Origin: Eledone cirrhosa
Lineage: Eukaryota
Assembly (NCBI GenBank): GCA_964016885.1
Contig: OZ024745.1
Location: forward strand, 64,542,001-64,606,000
DNA length: 64,000 bases
Reading direction: 5' to 3'
A model generated the notes under the pieces. The model was not told the DNA's origin. It made no database searches and worked only from the letters and a program-made list of their open reading frames with translations. Positions 57,850 to 64,000 of the stretch are shown piece after piece. The position numbers were made by a program, and so were the translations under genes. Numbering within the stretch: the stretch's first letter is position 1; every line of letters begins with the position of its first letter.

Positions 57850-60800
57850 CATTTTTTATTTGGGGGATCCATTTTTTATTTGGGGGATCCATTTTTTATT
57901 TGGGTGATCCATTTTTTATTTGGGTGATCCATTTTTTATTTGTGGGATCCATTTTTTATTTGGGGGATCCATTTTTTATTTGGGGGATCCTTTTTTTATT
58001 TGGGTGATCCATTTTTTATTTGGGTGATCCATTTTTTATTTGGGGGATCCATTTTTTATTTGGGTGATCCATTTTTTATTTGGGTGATCCATTTTTTTGG
58101 GGGGGGATCCATTTTTTATTTGGGTGATGCATTTTTTATTTGGGGGATCCATTTTTTATTTGGGGGATCCATTTTTTATTTGGGTGATACATTTTTTATT
58201 TGGGTGATCCATTTTTTATTTGGGTGATCCATTTTTTATTTGGGTTGATCCCTTTTTTATTTGGGGGATCCATTTTTTATTTGGGTGATCCATTTTTTAT
58301 TTGGGGGATCCATTTTTTATTTGGGTGATCCATTTTTTATTTGGGGGATCCATTTTTAATTTGGGTGATCCATTTTTTATTTGGGGGATCCATTTTTTAT
58401 TTGGGTGATCCATTTTTTATTTGGGGGATCCATTTTTTAATTGGGTGATCCATTTTTTATTTGGGGGATCCATTTTTTATTTGGGTGATCCATTTTTTAT
58501 TTGGGGGATCCATTTTTTATTTGGGTGATCCATATTTTATTTGGGTGATCCATTTTTTATTTGGGGGATCCTTTTTTTATTTGGGTGATCCATTTTTTAT
58601 TTGGGGGATTCATTTTTTATTTGGGTGATCCATTTTTTATTTGGGTGATCCATTTTTTATTTGGGGGATCCATTTTTTATTTGGGTGATCCATTATTTAT
58701 TTGGGGGATCCATTTTTTATTTGGGTGATCCATTTTTTATTTGTGGGATCCATTTTTTATTTGGGGGATCCATTTTTTATTTGGAGGATCCATTTTTTAT
58801 TTGGGTGATCCATTTTTTATTTGGGTGATCCATTTATTATTTGGGGGATCCATTTTTTATTTGGGGGCAGAATTTTTATTTGGGTGATCCATTTTCTATT
58901 TGGGTGATCCATTTTTTATTTGGGTGATCCATTTTTTATTTGGGGGATCCATTTTTTATTTGGGGGCAGAATTTTTATTTGGGTGATCCACTTTCTATTT
59001 GGGTGATCCATTTTTTATTTGGGTGATCCATTTTTTATTTGGGTATTCCATTTTTTATTTGTGGGATCCATTTTTTATTTGGGTGATCCATTTTTTATTT
59101 GGGGGATCCAGTTTTTATTTGGGTCATCCATTTTTTATTTGGGGTATCCATTTTTTATTTGGGGGATCCATTTTTTATTTTGGGTGATCCATTTTTTATT
59201 AGGGGGATCCATTTTTTATTTGGGTGATCCATTTTTATTTGTAGATCCATTTTTTATTTGGGTGATCCATTTTTTAATTGGATGATCCATTTTTTATTTG
59301 GGGGATCCATTTTTTATTTGGGGGATCCATTATTTATTTGGGTGATCCATTTTTTATTTGGGTGATCCATTTTTTATTTGGGGGATCCATTTTTTATTTG
59401 GGTGATCCATTTTTTATTTGGGTGATCCATTTTTTAATTGGGGGATCCATTTTTTATTTAGTTGATCCATTTTTTAATTGGGTGATCCATTTTTTATTTG
59501 GGGGATCCATTTTTTATTTGGGGGATCCATTGTTTATTTGGGTGATTCATTGTTTATTTGGGTGATCCATTTTTTATTTGGGTGATCCATTTTTTATTTG
59601 GGGGATCCATTTTTTATTTGGGGGATCCATTTTTTATTTGGGTGATCCATTTTTTATTTGGGTGATCCATTTTTTATTTGTGGGATCCATTTTTTATTTG
59701 GGGGATCCATTTTTTATTTGGGGGATCCTTTTTTTATTTGGGTGATCCATTTTTTATTTGGGTGATCCATTTTTTATTTGGGGGATCCATTTTTTATTTG
59801 GGTGATCCATTTTTTATTTGGGTGATCCATTTTTTTGGGGGGGGATCCATTTTTTATTTGGGTGATCCATTTTTTATTTGGGGGATCCATTTTTTATTTG
59901 GGGGATCCATTTTTATTTGGGTGATACATTTTTTATTTGGGTGATCCATTTTTTATTTGGGTGATCCATTTTTTATTTGGGTTGATCCCTTTTTTATTTG
60001 GGGGATCCATTTTTTATTTGGGTGATCCATTTTTTATTTGGGGGATCCATTTTTTATTTGGGGGATCCATTTCTTATTTGGGTGATCCATTTTTTATTTG
60101 GGGGATCCATTTTTTATTTGGGTGATACATTTTTTAATTGGGTGATCCATTTTTATTTGGGTGATCCATTTTTTACTTGGGGGATCCATTTTTTATTTGG
60201 GGGATCCATTTTTTATTTTGCTGATTCATTTTTTATTTGGGTGATCCATATTTTATTTGGGGGTATCCATTTTTTATTTGGGTGATCCATTTTTTATTTG
60301 GGGGATCCATTTTTTATTTGGGTGATCCATTTTTTATTTGGGTGATCCATTTTTTATTTGGGGGATCCAATTTTTATTTGGGTGATCCATTTTTTATTTG
60401 GGTGATCCATTTTTTATTTGGGTGATCCATTTTTTATTTGGGGGATCCATTTTTTATTTGGGTGATCCATTTTTTATTTGGGGGATTCATTTTTTATTTG
60501 GGTGATCCATTTTTTATTTGGGTGGTCCATTTTTTATTTGGGTGATCCATTTTTTATTTGGGGGATCCATTTTTTATTTGGGTGATCCATTTTTTATTTG
60601 GGGATCCATTTTTTATATGGGTGATCCATTCTTTATTTGGGTGATCCATTTTTTATTTGGGTGATCCATTTTTTATTTGGGGATCCATTTTTTATTTGGG
60701 GGATTCATTTTTTATTTGGGTGATCCATTTTTTATTAGGGGGATCCATTTTTTATTTGGGTGATCCATTTTTATTTGGAGATCCATTTTTTATTTAGGTG

Positions 60801-63800
60801 ATCCATTTTATAATTGGGTGATCCATTTTTTATTTGGGGGATCCATTTTTTATTTGGGGGATCCATTATTTATTTGGGTGATCCATTTTTTATTTGGGTG
60901 ATCCATTTTTTATTTGGGTGATCAATTTTTTATTTGGGTGATCCATTTTTTATTTGGGTGATCCATTTTTTAGTTGGGTGGTCCATTTTTTATTTGGGTG
61001 ATCCATTTTTTATTTGGGGGATCCATTTTTTATTTGGGTGATCCATTTTTTATTTGGGGATCCATTTTTTATTTGGGTGATCCATTTTTTATTTGGGTGA
61101 TCCATTTTTTATTTGGGGGATCCATTTTTTATTTGGGTGATTCATTTTTTATTTGGGGGGTCCATTTTTTATTTGGGGGATCCATTTTTATTTGGGTGAT
61201 CCATTTTTTATTTGGGGGATCCATTTTTTATTTGGGTGATCCATTTTTTATTTGGGTTGATCCCTTTTTTATTTGGGGGATCCATTTTTTATTTGGGTGA
61301 TCCATTTTTTATTTGGGGGATCCATTTTTTATTTGGGTGATCCATTTTTTATTTGAGGGATCCATTTTATATTTGGGTGATCCATTTTTTATTTGGGGGA
61401 TCCATTATTTATTTGGGTGATCCATTTTTTATTTGGGTGATCCATTTTTTATTTGGGTGATCCATTTTTTATTTGGGTGATCCATTTTTTATTTGTGGAT
61501 CCATTTTTTATTTGGGTGATCCATTTTTTATTTGGGTGATCCATTTTTTATTTGGGGGATCCATTTTTTATTTGGGTGATCCATTTTTTATTTGGGGATC
61601 CATTTTTTATTTGGGTGATCCATTTTTTATTTGGGTGATCCATTTTTTATTTGGGGGATCCATTTTTTATTTGGGTGATCCATTTTTTATTTGGGGTTCC
61701 ATTTTTTATTTGGGGGATCCATTTTTATTTGGGTGATCCATTTTTTATTTGGGGGATCCATTTTTTATTTGGGTGATCCATTTTTTATTTGGGTTGATCC
61801 CTTTTTTATTTGGGGGATCCATTTTTTATTTGGGTGATCCATTTTTTATTTGGGGGATCCATTTTTTATTTGGGGGATCCATTTTTTATTTGGTTGATCC
61901 ATTTTTTATTAGGGGGATCCATTTTTTATTTGGGTGATCCATTTTAATTTGGAGATCCATTTTTTGTTTAGGTGATCCATTTTATAATTGGGTGATCCAT
62001 TTTTTATTTGGGGGATCCATTTTTTATTTGGGGGATCCATTATTTATTTGGGTGATCCATTTTTTATTTGGGTGATCCATTTTTTATTTGGGTGATCCAT
62101 TTTTTATTTGGGTGATCCATTTTTTATTTGGGTGATCCATTTTTTATTTGGGGGATCCATTTTTTATTTGGGTGATCCATTTTTTATTTGGGTGATCCAT
62201 TTTTTATTTGAGGGATCCATTTTATATTTGGGTGATCCATTTTTTATATGGGTGATCCATTTTTTATTTGGGGGATCCATTTTTTATTTGGGGGATCCAT
62301 TTTTTATTTGGGGGATCCATTTTTTATTTGGGGGATCCATTTTTTATTTCTGGGATCCATTTTTTATTTGGGTGATTCATTTTTTATTTGGGGGATCCAT
62401 TTTTTATTTGGGTGATCCATTTTTTTTATTTGGGGGTCCATTTTTTATTTGGGTGATCCATTTTTTATTTGGATGATCCATTTTTTAATTGGGTGATCCA
62501 TTTTTATTTGGGTGATCCATTTTTTACTTGGGGGATCCATTTTTTATTTGGGTGATCCATTTTTTATTTTGCTGATTCATTTTTTATTTGGGTGATCCAT
62601 TTTTTATTTGGGGGATCCATTTTTTATTTGGGTGAACCATTTTTTATTTGGGAGATCCATTTTTTATTTGGGTGATCCATTTTTTATTTGGGTGATCCAT
62701 TTTTTATTTGGGGGATCCATTTTTTATTTGGGTGATCCATTTTTTATTTGGGTGATCCATTTTTTATTTGGGGGATCCATTTTTTATTTGGGGGATCCAT
62801 TTTTTATTTGGGTGATCCATTTTTATTTGGAGATCCATTTTGTATTTGGGTGATCCATTTTTTAATTGGGTGATCCATTTTTTATTTGGGTGATCCATTT
62901 TTTATTTGGGGGATCCATTTTTTATTTGGGTGATCCATTTTTTATTTGGGTGGTCCATTTTTTATTTGGGTGATCCATTTTTTATTTGGGGGATCCATTT
63001 TTTATTTGGGTGATCCATTTTTTATTTGGGGATCCATTTTTTATTTGGGTGATCCATTTTTTATTTGGGTGATCCATTTTTTATTTGGGGGATCCATTTT
63101 TTATTTGGGTGATCCATTTTTTATTTGGGGGGGTCCATTTTTTATTTGGGGGATCCATTTTTATTTGGGTGATCCATTTTTTATTTGGGGGATCCATTTT
63201 TTATTTGGGTGATCCCTTTTTTATTTGGGGGATCCATTTTTTATTTGGGTGATCCATTTTTTATTTGGGGGATCCATTTTTTATTTGGGGGATTCATTTT
63301 TTATTTGGGTGATCCATTTTTTATTAGGGGGATCCATTTTTTATTTGGGTGATCCATTTTTATTTGGAGATCCATTTTTTATTTAGGTGATCCATTTTAT
63401 AATTGGGTGATCCATTTTTTATTTGGGGGATCCATTTTTTATTTGGGGGATCCATTATTTATTTGGGTGATCCATTTTTTATTTGGGTGATCCATTTTTT
63501 ATTTGGGTGGTCCATTTTTTATTTGGGTGCTCCATTTTTTATTTGGGTGATCCATTTTTTATTTGGGGGATCCATTTTTTATTTGGGTGATCCATTTTTT
63601 ATTTGGGGGATCCATTTTTTATTTGGGTGATCCATTTTTTATTTGGGGGATCCATTTTTTATTTCGGGGATCCATTTTTTATTTGGGTGATTCATTTTTT
63701 ATTTGGGGGATCCATTTTTTATTTTGGGTGATCCATTTTTTATTAGGGGGATCTATTTTTTATTTGGGTGATCCATTTTTATTTGTAGATCCATTTTTTA

Positions 63801-64000
63801 TTTGGGTGATCCATTTTTTAATTGGATGATCCATTTTTTATTTGGGGGATCCATTTTTTATTTGGGGGATCCATTATTTATTTGGGTGATCCATTTTTTA
63901 TTTGGGTGATCCATTTTTTGTTCGGGGGATCCATTTTTTATTTGGGTGATCCATTTTTTATTTGGGTGATCCATTTTTTAATTGGGGATCCATTTTTTAT
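57850..64000 (+). repeat. Dispersed copy of about 28700-34920 (offset 29155, falling to 29076 after about 60420)
   Basis: ORF pairs 28785/57940, 29844/58999 and 30523/59678 (offset 29155), then 31898/60974, 33032/62108 and 34487/63563 (offset 29076). TTTCTGGGATCC is shared (about 33271/62347). Confidence 0.92.

Larger units (their letters stand above)
1..64000 (+). repeat. Satellite DNA: tandem array of 20-bp monomer TTTGGG[G/T]GATCCATTTTTTA, about 3,200 copies, running off both window ends
   Basis: Visible in every line. Monomers are mostly 20 bp with occasional 19/21-bp indel variants. Consensus GC is 30-35% (6-7 of 20) and the + strand is at least 50% T. No inverted segment or non-repeat insert was seen. 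Confidence 0.99.

Noticed and set aside
322-63829. Numerous short + strand ORFs encoding (LGDPFFIW[V/G]IHFLFGGSIFY)n hydrophobic peptides
   Set aside because: They are the 60-bp, three-monomer translation of the repeat. They start almost entirely at TTG within the monomer, end at the TGA of T-type monomers, overlap in all frames and are freely frameshifted by 19/21-bp monomers. There is no sign of coding constraint.
1-64000. Giant ORF under TGA recoding (the G/T site toggles GGA/TGA, synonymous in genetic code 25; TGA is Trp in code 4)
   Set aside because: Curious, but probably coincidental. The 20-bp period is not a multiple of 3, indels and TAA/TAG-creating variants are scattered throughout, and there is no gene context suggesting a recoded genome.
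1-64000. Minus-strand coding
   Set aside because: Each reverse monomer contains TAA, and the 20-bp period places a stop in every frame about every 60 bp. The track lists no minus-strand ORFs.
1-64000. CRISPR array or plasmid iteron cluster
   Set aside because: Repeats are head-to-tail with no unique spacers, leader, cas or rep gene, and the copy number is orders of magnitude too high.
1-64000. Rolling-circle or reverse-transcriptase concatemer (e.g. DRT2-like cDNA), adapter concatemer or random sequencing noise
   Set aside because: Rare variants are inherited in nested multi-kb blocks at exact offsets. This fits genomic duplication history, not repeated copying of one short template or independent read errors. 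No RT gene or recognisable adapter is present.
1-64000. Strong G-quadruplex array
   Set aside because: G3-G5 runs are separated by about 15-17-nt loops, far longer than the canonical 1-7 nt, so stable intramolecular G4 is not supported without experiment.
1-64000. Intrinsic terminators, cruciforms or inverted repeats suggested by T runs and GGATCC
   Set aside because: The only palindrome is 4-6 bp, there is no GC-rich stem before the T tracts, and no reverse-orientation monomers were seen.
1-64000. Bacterial Dam/SeqA GATC cluster
   Set aside because: Nothing indicates a prokaryotic origin, and a gene-free 64-kb array of this kind is not a known feature of bacterial chromosomes.

Overview
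The whole 64,000-bp window is one uninterrupted, single-orientation tandem array of a 20-bp monomer, consensus TTTGGG[G/T]GATCCATTTTTTA (reverse complement TAAAAAATGGATC[C/A]CCCAAA), about 3,200 copies by length. I found no unique sequence, credible gene, RNA gene, transposon or CRISPR array. All ORFs in the track are read-outs of the repeat. The structure lies in the variants: a balanced G/T dimorphism at monomer position 7, and rare marker monomers that recur at fixed offsets. These reveal nested duplications of about 0.1, 1.0, 1.5, 1.7, 4, 7 kb and dispersed copies 8-29 kb apart. This is what eukaryotic satellite DNA with irregular higher-order repeats looks like. The organism and function cannot be determined from this window, and I see no evidence for a new gene-encoded system. 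Block boundaries were estimated by eye from marker variants and ORF-track offsets and are approximate (about +/-100 bp).
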